Shown here in pieces: positions 11,951-20,082 of a stretch of DNA of 64,000 nt (within the stretch, counting starts at the first letter, position 1; each line of letters begins with the position of its first letter). The notes below the pieces were generated by a model. The model worked only from the letters and a program-made list of their open reading frames with translations, was not told the DNA's origin and did not search any database. The translations under genes were made by a program, and so were the position numbers. The DNA comes from Nocardioidaceae bacterium. GTDB taxonomy: Bacteria; Actinomycetota; Actinomycetes; Propionibacteriales; Nocardioidaceae. The stretch is taken from positions 23,330-87,329 of the forward strand of contig JAQSWV010000004.1 of the NCBI GenBank assembly GCA_029266455.1, given 5' to 3'.

Positions 11951-13276
11951 ATGGCGTCGGGCGAGCACGGCAACGGGGTGGCGCAGCGGCTCTACGACCT
12001 GCTGGTGCACCTGTTCGACGTCGAGCCGCCGCTTCGGCTGGCCGCGTGGGACGGCACCGAGGCAGGTGCCGCCGACGGTCCGACGCTGCACGTGCGCAGC
12101 CGGCGGGCGGTCCGCCGGCTGCTGTGGAACCCCGGTGAGCTGGGGCTGGCCCGCGCGTACGTCTCCGGCGAGATCGATGTGGACGGAGACCTCACGGAGG
12201 GCCTTCGGACGCTGGCCGAGTACGGCAGCCTGGTCGCGGCCAAGCCGGCGCTGACGGCCAGCGACCGCCGCGAGGTCCTGCGCACCGCGGTGCTGCTCGG
12301 TGCTGTCGGTCCGGCGCCGAAGGCCCCGCCGGAGGAGCGGCTGCTCGCCGAGGGTCGACGGATCGGTACCCGTGGCGTCCGCGGCGCCCGTGAGCTGGCG
12401 GCCGCAGACGTCCCGGACGACCGCGGCCTGGGCCTGATGCGCTCCGTGCTGGGCGACTCGCTGGCGTACTCCTGTGCCTACTGGTCGAAGACTCCGGTCG
12501 AGGACCCGGCTCCCGGTCCGGGCGCGGTGCAGCCCGAGGACGACATCGACGCGGCACAGCGCGCCAAGCTCGACCTGATCTGTGACCGGTTGGGGCTCGA
12601 GCCGGGGATGCGGCTGCTCGATCTCGGGTGCGGGTGGGGCGCTCTGGTCGTCCACGCCGTCCGGTACCGCGGCGTCGAGGCCGTCGGCCTGGTGCGGTCG
12701 GCCGATCGGGCCGAGGTCGTCAGGCAACGGCTCGGCGCCCTCGACCTGTCCGACCGGGCGGAGATCCGGCTGGGCGACGTCGATGCCGTCGACGACGGTC
12801 CGTACGACGCGATCGCGGCGATCGAGTCGCTCGAGCATGTCCCCGAGGCGGACCTGCTGGAGCAGATGGCCCGCTTGCAGCATCTGCTGCGCCCGGGCGG
12901 CCGGCTGCTGATCCAGGCACTGACCCGTCGGGCGGGACCCGGTCGCCCAGGGCCGAGATTCATGACCGCCTACGTGCTGCCCGAGGGTCCGCTGCCGCCG
13001 ATCGGCGTGCTGGTGTCCGCCGTCGAGGACGCCGGTGTCGAGGTGCGGTCGGTGGAGGCGTGGCGCGAGCACTACCCCCGCACCCTGCAGGCGTGGCTGC
13101 GCCGGGTCGACCAGCAGCCGGACGCCGTGGCCGAGGTGGTGGGGGCGACCCGGCTGCGGGTGTGGCGGCTGTCGCTGGCGCTGTCGACGGTCGGGTTCGA
13201 GCGCGACCACATCGGCGCGCACCAGCTGGTGGCCGTGCGTCCCCACGCCGACGGCCGGTCGGGCATGCTGGCGTAG
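11951..13276 (+). CDS. cyclopropane-fatty-acyl-phospholipid synthase family SAM-dependent methyltransferase
   Basis: Has the SAM motif LLDLGCGWGAL, and the overall length and layout of the CFA/mycolic-acid methyltransferase family. Confidence 0.85.
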   Translation: MASGEHGNGVAQRLYDLLVHLFDVEPPLRLAAWDGTEAGAADGPTLHVRSRRAVRRLLWNPGELGLARAYVSGEIDVDGDLTEGLRTLAEYGSLVAAKPALTASDRREVLRTAVLLGAVGPAPKAPPEERLLAEGRRIGTRGVRGARELAAADVPDDRGLGLMRSVLGDSLAYSCAYWSKTPVEDPAPGPGAVQPEDDIDAAQRAKLDLICDRLGLEPGMRLLDLGCGWGALVVHAVRYRGVEAVGLVRSADRAEVVRQRLGALDLSDRAEIRLGDVDAVDDGPYDAIAAIESLEHVPEADLLEQMARLQHLLRPGGRLLIQALTRRAGPGRPGPRFMTAYVLPEGPLPPIGVLVSAVEDAGVEVRSVEAWREHYPRTLQAWLRRVDQQPDAVAEVVGATRLRVWRLSLALSTVGFERDHIGAHQLVAVRPHADGRSGMLA

Positions 13277-13319
13277 CCGGGGTCGACGCGGGACCCGCCC
13301 GCCGCGGGACCCCGGCCGG

Positions 13320-13394
13320 GCCCCCGTAGCCCAATCGGCAGAGGCAGACGGCTTAAACCCGTCTCATGTGTGGGTTCGACCCCCACCGGGGGCA
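13320..13394 (+). tRNA. tRNA with anticodon UAA (would decode Leu UUA). It has a Leu-like D-arm and A73 but only a 6-nt variable region.
   Basis: Hand fold of the 75-nt gene:
- Acceptor stem GCCCCCG/CGGGGGC, 7/7 paired.
- D-arm GCC-CAAUCGGCAGA-GGC.
- Anticodon stem GACGG/CCGUC with loop CUUAAAC.
- Variable region UCAUGU.
- T-arm GUGGG-UUCGACC-CCCAC.
- Discriminator A, with no encoded CCA. Confidence 0.8.
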
Positions 13395-13589
13395 CGGGGA
13401 CGGATCGACGGGTCGGGACGGTGGGGAGCGGCGCCGACAGACCGTCGCCCGGTGGGGTGGGAGGCGGAACGTAACGGAGCCTCACGGCGTTGTACCGGGT
13501 GCAGCCACGGGAGGCCTTCCACCGGACAGGCCCGCGGTAGGCTGTGCCCCCGGCCCCCGCCGGGGACGGTGACTTCTCGGAGGACGAGG

Positions 13590-14480
13590 ATGCAGAGCAG
13601 CAACCCGGTGTTCACCCGCAACGACACGTTCAACGGCCGCGCCGCGCGGAGTGGCGGCACGACCCGCTCCAGCCCGTCGACCTGGTCCGTGGGAAGCCCG
13701 GGGCAGGTCCCGGGGCAGACGTCCGGCCAGGGCTATGGCCAGGGCTACGACCGGGGCACCGCGACGCCGCCCTCGGTGGGCACGGATCGCATGACCATCG
13801 ACTCGGTCGTGCAGCGCACCGCAGCGACGCTCGGTCTGCTGGTGCTCTCGGCCGCCGTCACGTGGGTCCTGATCGGCGAGATCGGTGGCAGGTCTGAGGC
13901 GGCCGCCGACAACCTGGCCCAGGCCCAGGCCCTGCTGCTGATGGGTGCGCTCGGTGGTTTCGCGCTGGCCATGGTCAACAGCTTCAAGCGGGTCATCAGC
14001 CCCACGCTGGTGCTGGCGTACGCCGCTGTGCAAGGGGTCGCGATCGGTGCGATCTCCAAGGTGCTCGAGACCTGGTACGACGGCGTCGTCCTGGGGGCCG
14101 TGTTCGGCACTGTGGCGGCCTTCGCCGGCACCCTGACCGCCTACAAGGTGCTCAACATCCAGGTGACGGCCAAGTTCCGTCGCGGCGTGGTGGCCGCGAT
14201 GTTCGGCTTCGTGGCCCTGGCGCTGATGGACCTCGTGCTCAGCTTCTTCGGCGCCGACTTCGGCTTCAACGGCTTCGGCACGCTCGGTCTCATCTCCAGC
14301 GTGGTCGGCGTCGTGTTGGGTGTGCTGATGCTGATCCTCGACTTCGACTTCGTCGAGAGGGCCATCGCGGCCGGCGCCCCGGAGCGCGAGTCGTGGCGGG
14401 CGGCCTTCGGGCTCACCGTCACCCTCGTGTGGCTCTACATCGAGCTGCTGCGGATCCTCGCCATCCTGCGCGGCGAGTGA
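13590..14480 (+). CDS. Bax inhibitor-1/YccA family membrane protein
   Basis: The ATG at 13590 is preceded by ggagga. The N-terminus MQSSNPVF is followed by a Gly/Gln-rich linker and 7 predicted TM helices. The ORF-track start at 13035 is an extension across the tRNA. Confidence 0.85.
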   Translation: MQSSNPVFTRNDTFNGRAARSGGTTRSSPSTWSVGSPGQVPGQTSGQGYGQGYDRGTATPPSVGTDRMTIDSVVQRTAATLGLLVLSAAVTWVLIGEIGGRSEAAADNLAQAQALLLMGALGGFALAMVNSFKRVISPTLVLAYAAVQGVAIGAISKVLETWYDGVVLGAVFGTVAAFAGTLTAYKVLNIQVTAKFRRGVVAAMFGFVALALMDLVLSFFGADFGFNGFGTLGLISSVVGVVLGVLMLILDFDFVERAIAAGAPERESWRAAFGLTVTLVWLYIELLRILAILRGE

Positions 14481-14513
14481 GCGCTGCCTCCGTCACGGAC
14501 CTGTGACACCGGT

Positions 14514-14542
14514 GCTGCCCGGGCCTGACCGGCCCGGGCAGC
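14514..14542. terminator. 12-bp perfect GC hairpin between convergent genes (candidate bidirectional terminator)
   Basis: The sequence is gctgcccgggcc-tgacc-ggcccgggcagc, followed by a gccgtttcccgtt tract. Confidence 0.5.
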
Positions 14543-14620
14543 GCCGTTTCCCGTTCAGTGAGTTGCCGCCCCGAGCCCTGGCGTCCGGCGGGTCCGTGGG
14601 CGGAGCGAACCCGGCCGTGC

Positions 14621-14851
14621 CTAGCTGAAGCTGCGGCGGGAGCGCCGCAGGTCGCGCTCGTGCACGATCGCGGTCGCGTGCCCGTGGGCGAGCCCGTACT
14701 CGTCGCGCAGCCACTTGACCCGGTCGTCGAAGCGTGAGAACCCGGGCCCGTCGTCGAGGCACTGGAACCACTCCGGAAGCTCCCTGCCGGTCACCGCGGG
14801 AACCTTGGCGACCAGCAGCTGATGGGTCTCTTCGGAATGGTGCAGGGCCAT
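14621..14851 (-). CDS. DUF4287 domain protein
   Basis: 76 aa, MALHHSEETHQLL...WLRDEYGLAHGHATAIV. A ggaggc lies upstream of the ATG at 14851. The rest of the 246-aa ORF is an Arg-rich extension. Confidence 0.7.
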   Translation of the reverse strand: MALHHSEETHQLLVAKVPAVTGRELPEWFQCLDDGPGFSRFDDRVKWLRDEYGLAHGHATAIVHERDLRRSRRSFS

Positions 14852-14946
14852 CGTGCCTCCTTCTCGGAACCGGTCCTGCGAGGGTGCCTCATGGCCCCGG
14901 GCCGGCACAAGGGCGCACGTCCGTGCGAGCGGTCGTGGGCGGGTCG

Positions 14947-15942
14947 TCACGGGGAGACGGGGGCGGTACCGGCCAGACCGGTACGCCGCACCCGGTGCCG
15001 GATCTGCGCCCACCGTCCGCGGGGCCCGCGGTCGCGGCCGGCGACCTCGGTGGGCGTCACCTCGGTGCCGGGCTGGCGGACGGCCTCGGCGGCGGCGAAC
15101 GAGATCGGCAGCACGGTGTCGCCCGGCAGCATCTGCGGCTCCTCCTCGTCGTCCCAGACTCCTGCCGCCGCCGCGACCGACGGCAGCAGGGAGGCGACCA
15201 TGCTGGCGTACCCGGCCGCGGAGGGGTGGAACCGATCGGGTCCGAACAGCTCGCCGGGAGCAGCGGTGAAGCTGGGGCCGAGCAGCGCGGCCAGGGACAC
15301 CGAGCGCCCGCCGGCCTCGACCACGGCGATCGTCTGGGCGGCCGCCAGCCGGCGGCTCCACTCCCGAGCGAGCAGCCGCAGCGGGATCGGAACCGGCTTG
15401 ATCGAGCCCAGGTCGGGACAGGTGCCCACGACGACCTCGCAGCCGGCCGCGCGCAGCCGGCGCACCGCCTCCGCCAACAGTCGTACGGACTCGGACGGGC
15501 GCACCCGGTGGGTGACGTCGTTGGTCCCGACGACGATCACCGCGACGTCCGGGTGCTCGGACAGGCCGGCATCGATCTGGTGCTCGAGACCCGACGACCG
15601 CGCCCCTACCTGGGCCATGCTGGTGATGCGGACCGGGCGGCCGCTGATGTGCGACAGCCCGGCTCCGATCATGCCCGGCGGCGTGTCGTCGGCCGACTCC
15701 ATGCCGTAGCCGACTGCTGCGGAGTCGCCGAGGATCAGCACCGAGACAGGCTGGCCGGGCAGCGACGCACCGTACACGGCCTCAGGGGGAGGTGGCCGGG
15801 TCTCGGCCGGCCCGATGATCCGCCGGGCCCAGGACGCCTGAGCCCGCATCACTGCGTACAACGCACCGCCCAGCACACTGAGCCCGCCGCCGCCGTACAT
15901 GGCGGCGGTGGCCAGGCGGCGGGCTGCGGACGCACGAGTCAT
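14947..15942 (-). CDS. SGNH/GDSL family hydrolase
   Basis: Contains block I ILGDSAAVG and block V VGTNDVTH. There is an N-terminal hydrophobic segment. Confidence 0.8.
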   Translation of the reverse strand: MTRASAARRLATAAMYGGGGLSVLGGALYAVMRAQASWARRIIGPAETRPPPPEAVYGASLPGQPVSVLILGDSAAVGYGMESADDTPPGMIGAGLSHISGRPVRITSMAQVGARSSGLEHQIDAGLSEHPDVAVIVVGTNDVTHRVRPSESVRLLAEAVRRLRAAGCEVVVGTCPDLGSIKPVPIPLRLLAREWSRRLAAAQTIAVVEAGGRSVSLAALLGPSFTAAPGELFGPDRFHPSAAGYASMVASLLPSVAAAAGVWDDEEEPQMLPGDTVLPISFAAAEAVRQPGTEVTPTEVAGRDRGPRGRWAQIRHRVRRTGLAGTAPVSP

Positions 15943-15980
15943 GGCCTGTCCATGCTAGGCCGACGCCTACTCTGGCCCGT

Positions 15981-17378
15981 GTGCGCTACGTCGACTCTGT
16001 GATCGATCTCATCGGCAACACGCCCCTCGTCCGCCTCCACCGGGTGCCGGGGCCAGGCGATGTGCCGGTCCTCGCCAAGGTGGAGTACTTCAATCCCGGC
16101 GGGAGCGTCAAGGACCGGATCGCCGTCCGCATGGTCGACGCCGCCGAGGCGGACGGTGCCCTGCGGCCAGGGGGCACGATCGTGGAGCCGACGTCCGGCA
16201 ACACCGGGGTGGGCCTGGCCCTGGTGGCCCAGCAGCGCGGCTACCAGTGCGTGTTCGTCTGTCCGGACAAGGTCAGTGTCGACAAGATCAACGTCCTGAA
16301 GGCGTACGGCGCCGACGTGGTCGTGTGCCCCACCGCGGTCGACCCGGACGACCCGAGCTCGTACTACAGCGTGTCCGACCGGCTCGTCACCGAGATCGAG
16401 GGCGCGTGGAAGCCGGACCAGTACTCCAACCCGCAGAACCCGCGCAGCCACTACGAGACCACCGGGCCGGAGCTGTGGGAGCAGACCGAGGGGCAGATCA
16501 CCCACCTGGTGACCGGCATCGGCACCGGCGGGACCATCAGCGGCGCCGGGCGGTACCTCAAGGAGGTCAGTGCGGGACGGGTGCGTGTGGTCGGCGCCGA
16601 CCCGGTCGGTTCGGTCTACTCGGGCGGCAGCGGCCGCCCGTACCTCGTCGAGGGGGTGGGCGAGGACTTCTGGCCGGCGACCTACGACCCAGAGATGTGC
16701 GACCGGGTCATCGCCGTGTCCGACGGCGATGCGTTCGAGATGACTCGTCGGCTGGCCCGGGAGGAGGGCCTCCTGGTGGGAGGGTCGTGCGGCATGGCGG
16801 TGGTCGCGGCGGTGCAGCTGGCGGCGGAGCTCGAGCATGCGGGTGAGACCGAGGCGGTGGTCGTCGTGCTGTTGCCCGACGGTGGCCGGGGGTATCTGGG
16901 CAAGGTCTTCGACGACGCGTGGCTCGGACAGTACGGCTTCGGCGAACCGCGCCAGCAGCAGACGGTCGGTGACGTGCTGCGCGGCAAGCACGAGGGTGGC
17001 GAGGGGAACCTCCCCGACCTGGTGCACACCCATCCGGCCGAGTCGATCGCCCAGGCCGTGGCGATCCTGCGGGAGTACGCCGTGTCCCAGATGCCGGTCG
17101 TCCGTGCCGAGCCGCCGGTGATGGCGGCCGAGGTCGCCGGAGCGGTCAGCGAGCGCGCGCTCATGGATGCGTTGTTCTCCGGCCGGGCGCGACTCGCCGA
17201 CCGGGTGGGCGACCACATGGACGAGCCGCTGCCGACCATCGGCTCCGGGCAGCCGGTCGGCGACGCGGTGGTGTCGCTGGAGAACGCGGACGCCCTGCTG
17301 GTGCAGGAGGACGGCCGACCGGTCGGAGTCATCACCCGGCAGGACGTCCTCGGCTACCTCAGCGCACGCGCGCGCTGA
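15981..17378 (+). CDS. cbs: cystathionine beta-synthase (PLP domain plus tandem CBS domains)
   Basis: Contains NPGGSVKDRIA (PLP lysine), GTGGTISG, and a C-terminal CBS pair. Confidence 0.9.
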   Translation: MRYVDSVIDLIGNTPLVRLHRVPGPGDVPVLAKVEYFNPGGSVKDRIAVRMVDAAEADGALRPGGTIVEPTSGNTGVGLALVAQQRGYQCVFVCPDKVSVDKINVLKAYGADVVVCPTAVDPDDPSSYYSVSDRLVTEIEGAWKPDQYSNPQNPRSHYETTGPELWEQTEGQITHLVTGIGTGGTISGAGRYLKEVSAGRVRVVGADPVGSVYSGGSGRPYLVEGVGEDFWPATYDPEMCDRVIAVSDGDAFEMTRRLAREEGLLVGGSCGMAVVAAVQLAAELEHAGETEAVVVVLLPDGGRGYLGKVFDDAWLGQYGFGEPRQQQTVGDVLRGKHEGGEGNLPDLVHTHPAESIAQAVAILREYAVSQMPVVRAEPPVMAAEVAGAVSERALMDALFSGRARLADRVGDHMDEPLPTIGSGQPVGDAVVSLENADALLVQEDGRPVGVITRQDVLGYLSARAR

Positions 17379-18846
17379 CCCCGAACTCGAAGTCGCGGAC
17401 GCGAACCCGGCGGGTCGCCAGCCAGTACTGCCAGGTGAAGTACGGCCAGATGGCGAAGTTGCGCCCGGACTCGTCGAGATACCAGCTGCGGCAGCCGCTC
17501 CACACGCTGCCGGACAGCCGGGCCTGCACTCGGTCGTCGAACCGCCGTTGCGGCCCCTCGCGCACGGCCATCCAGTCGGCGCGGCGACCGCGCATGGCGG
17601 CCAGTGCGCGTACGACGTAGTCCGCCTGCTGCTCGATCATGAACACCAGCGAGCTGTGACCCAGGCCGGTGTTGGGCCCGGAGAGCAGGAACAGGTTGGG
17701 GAAGCCGGGAACGGTGATGCCGAGGTGGGCGCTGGCACCCACGCGGCGCCAGTGCTCGGTGAGCACCCTGCCGTCGCGCCCACGGATGGCCATGCGGGTG
17801 AGGCTCGCACTGACCCGGAAGCCGGTACCGAACACGATGGTGTCGGCCGGCCGCATCGTGCCGTCCGCCGTCACGAGACCGGTCGGAGTCACCTCCCGGA
17901 TGCGGTCGGGAACCACCTCGACGCCGGCGCGGGCCAGTGCGGGGTAGTAGTCGTCACTCACCAGCACCCGCTTGCATCCCATCGGGTAGTCGGGAGTCAG
18001 CCGCGCGCGCAGCGCCGCGTCGTCGACCTGCCGGTCCAGATGACGCCTGGCCGTCGCCTCCATGCGCCGCATCAGCCGGGGGTGGACCGTGAACCCGACA
18101 CCGCGCAGCTCCAGCGCCCAGAAGATCGCGTTGCGGAACATCCGCTGGGTGAGCGGAACCCTGGCGTGCCAGCGCTGTTCCCGCGTCCCGATGGGGCGGT
18201 CCGGCCGGGGAATGACCCACGGCGCCGACCGCTGGTAGACGTCCAGTCGGGCCGCCCGGTCAGCGACGTGCGGGATGAACTGCACCGCGCTGGCGCCGGT
18301 GCCGATCACCGCGACCCGCTCGCCGGTCAGGTCGTGCTGGTGGTCCCAGCGCGCGGAGTGGAAGGTCGTACCACGGAAGGACGCCATGCCGGGAAGCCGG
18401 GGGTATCTCGGCTCGTGCAGCGCACCCACGCCGGCCACCACGACACGGGCGCGCACGGTGTCGCCCGCAGCGGTGGCCAGGGTCCACTGCGCGGTGCGGT
18501 CGTCATAGTCGGCGCCGACCACCTCGACGCCGTACTGCAGGTGCCGCGTCAGCCCGTACGCCTCGACACAGTCGCGCAGGTAGGCCCAGATCTCCGGCTG
18601 AGCGGAGAACATCCGCGACCACCGTGGGTTGGGCCGGAACGAGTAGGAGTACAGGTGGCTGGGGACGTCGCATGCGCACCCCGGGTAGGTGTTGTCGCGC
18701 CAGGTACCGCCGAGGTCGTCGGACTTCTCCAGGATCACGAAGTCATCGATGCCCGCAGCCAGCAGCTTGATGCCCATGGCGATGCCGGCGAATCCGGCGC
18801 CGATCACCGCGACCCGGTACTCGGCGGGCTGGCGGTCCGTCGTCAA
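17359..18846 (-). CDS. flavin-dependent monooxygenase (Baeyer-Villiger/EthA-like class B FMO)
   Basis: Contains VAVIGAGFAGI (FAD binding), DLGGTWRDNTYPGCACDVPSHLYSYSF (a BVMO-type fingerprint region) and a second GxGxSA NADPH motif. Confidence 0.85.
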   Translation of the reverse strand: MTTDRQPAEYRVAVIGAGFAGIAMGIKLLAAGIDDFVILEKSDDLGGTWRDNTYPGCACDVPSHLYSYSFRPNPRWSRMFSAQPEIWAYLRDCVEAYGLTRHLQYGVEVVGADYDDRTAQWTLATAAGDTVRARVVVAGVGALHEPRYPRLPGMASFRGTTFHSARWDHQHDLTGERVAVIGTGASAVQFIPHVADRAARLDVYQRSAPWVIPRPDRPIGTREQRWHARVPLTQRMFRNAIFWALELRGVGFTVHPRLMRRMEATARRHLDRQVDDAALRARLTPDYPMGCKRVLVSDDYYPALARAGVEVVPDRIREVTPTGLVTADGTMRPADTIVFGTGFRVSASLTRMAIRGRDGRVLTEHWRRVGASAHLGITVPGFPNLFLLSGPNTGLGHSSLVFMIEQQADYVVRALAAMRGRRADWMAVREGPQRRFDDRVQARLSGSVWSGCRSWYLDESGRNFAIWPYFTWQYWLATRRVRVRDFEFGVSARVR

Positions 18847-18880
18847 GGCAGCGTCGCCCGGGCGCTGCGACCCACGCGGC

Positions 18881-19141
18881 TCAGCGGCGCGCGGGTGACG
18901 TGCCTGTCATGGACTCTGCGGTGCCGATCAGGGCGACGGCGGAGCCGATCGCCACGACCGACCCGATCAGGTCGAGCTCCCAGATGGATCCGGTCCCGAG
19001 CATGCTCGCGACGATGCCGCCGATGACGGACCCCACCAGGCCGAGGCCGAGCGTGGCGAGAATGCTGAGGTTCTGCTTGCCGGGCTTGATCAGTCGCGCG
19101 AGTGCGCCGACGACAAGACCGAAGACGATGAACCCGAACAT
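18881..19141 (-). CDS. GlsB/YeaQ/YmgE family stress-response membrane protein
   Basis: 86 aa with Gly-rich TM helices (GLVVGALARLI.PGKQ). Confidence 0.8.
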   Translation of the reverse strand: MFGFIVFGLVVGALARLIKPGKQNLSILATLGLGLVGSVIGGIVASMLGTGSIWELDLIGSVVAIGSAVALIGTAESMTGTSPARR

Positions 19142-19195
19142 GAGATGGTGCTCCTTTGTCTGCAGGCGAACAGGCGAGTCTAGCGGTGGGTCGGG

Positions 19196-19831
19196 TCAGC
19201 CGGCGTACTCGACACCGGTGGCGTGGAGCGGGCAGTAGCCGAACGGGTTCTTCACGAGGTACTGCTGGTGGTAGTCCTCGGCGTACCAGTACTCCTCGAG
19301 CGGAGCGATCACCGTGGTGATCTCGCCGTAGCCGCGGCCGGTCAACGACTGCTGGTAGGCGGCCCGGGACTTCTCCGCCTGCTCCTGCTGCTCGGGAGTG
19401 GTGGTGAGGATCACCGAGCGGTACTGCGTGCCCCGGTCGTTGCCCTGCCGCATCCCCTGCGTCGGGTCGTGGTTCTCCCAGAAGACCTTCAGCAGCTGCT
19501 CGAACGACACCTTGCTCGGGTCGTAGACCACGCGCACGACCTCGGCGTGCCCGGTGCGCCCGGAGCAGACCTCCTCGTACGTGGGGTTCGGGGTCACGCC
19601 GCCGGCGTAGCCCACCGACGTGGACCAGACCCCGTCGACCTCCCAGAAGGTCTTCTCCTCGCCCCAGAAGCAGCCGAGCCCGACCACGACCTCCTCGAAG
19701 CCCTCGGGCACCTCCGCCTCGATCGGCGTGCCGAGCACGAGGTGTCGGTCGCCGACACCGAACGGGCGCCGGTCGCGCCCCCGCAAGGCGGTGTCGCGGG
19801 TGGGCAGCTCTGTCTTGGTCCGACCGAACAT
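19196..19831 (-). CDS. msrA: peptide-methionine (S)-S-oxide reductase
   Basis: Contains the GCFWG active-site motif and the overall MsrA core. The start chosen at 19831 (MFGRTKTE) has an aaggac upstream. The ORF-track start is 19867. Confidence 0.9.
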   Translation of the reverse strand: MFGRTKTELPTRDTALRGRDRRPFGVGDRHLVLGTPIEAEVPEGFEEVVVGLGCFWGEEKTFWEVDGVWSTSVGYAGGVTPNPTYEEVCSGRTGHAEVVRVVYDPSKVSFEQLLKVFWENHDPTQGMRQGNDRGTQYRSVILTTTPEQQEQAEKSRAAYQQSLTGRGYGEITTVIAPLEEYWYAEDYHQQYLVKNPFGYCPLHATGVEYAG

Positions 19832-19919
19832 GCATGTCCTTTCCAGGAGGTCCTCTACCGCCCCCAACGCGCGAGGACCCCTGCTGCTTCCCGACCGCGG
19901 CGCCTCCGCCCGCCGATCG

Positions 19920-20065
19920 GCGTCACCGTAGTGCGCGGATGATCGGGGAGCGGGGAGCGGGGAGCGCGGAGGGGGAGCGGGGAGCCCCCCGGGAAGGGGG
20001 AGCGGGGAGCGCGGAGGGGGAGCGGGGGAGCCCCCCTGGGCATCATCCGCGCACTACGGTGACGC
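19920..20065. repeat. 146-bp palindromic element: 24-bp perfect terminal inverted repeats flanking two ~40-nt G-run direct repeats
   Basis: The left arm gcgtcaccgtagtgcgcggatgat (19920-19943) is the exact reverse complement of the right arm atcatccgcgcactacggtgacgc (20042-20065). The 98-nt core holds ggggagcggggagcgcggagggggagcgggg(g)agcccccc twice. Confidence 0.85.
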
Positions 20066-20082
20066 TGGCTAACCTCGGCGGT

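Noticed and set aside
13035-13589. A 185-aa N-terminal extension of the Bax-inhibitor ORF, plus other upstream extensions (7616-7798 of eno, 9389-10018 of ppx, 10249-10977 of the UDG, 45646-46623 of DUF2079, 59879-60211 of thrE, 62951-63424 of xseA).
   Set aside because: The extensions overlap the tRNA or neighbouring well-supported genes and are Arg/Pro-rich. Conserved N-termini with plausible SD sequences or start-stop overlaps lie downstream.
13276-13600. A tRNA-associated genomic island or integration site.
   Set aside because: There is no integrase, no direct repeat of the tRNA 3' end, and no compositional break that I can see. The flanking genes are conserved housekeeping types.
19834-20082. 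A collagen-like [13 protein letters not shown]... N-terminal extension of the metB ORF.
   Set aside because: It is produced by reading through the G-rich palindromic element. The conserved CGL/CGS N-terminus begins at the ATG at 20083.
19944-20082. A SAM or other methionine riboswitch upstream of metB.
   Set aside because: The region is dominated by a near-perfect long palindrome and G-run direct repeats. I cannot recognise any S-box or SAM-IV core features. It would need cmscan to exclude formally.
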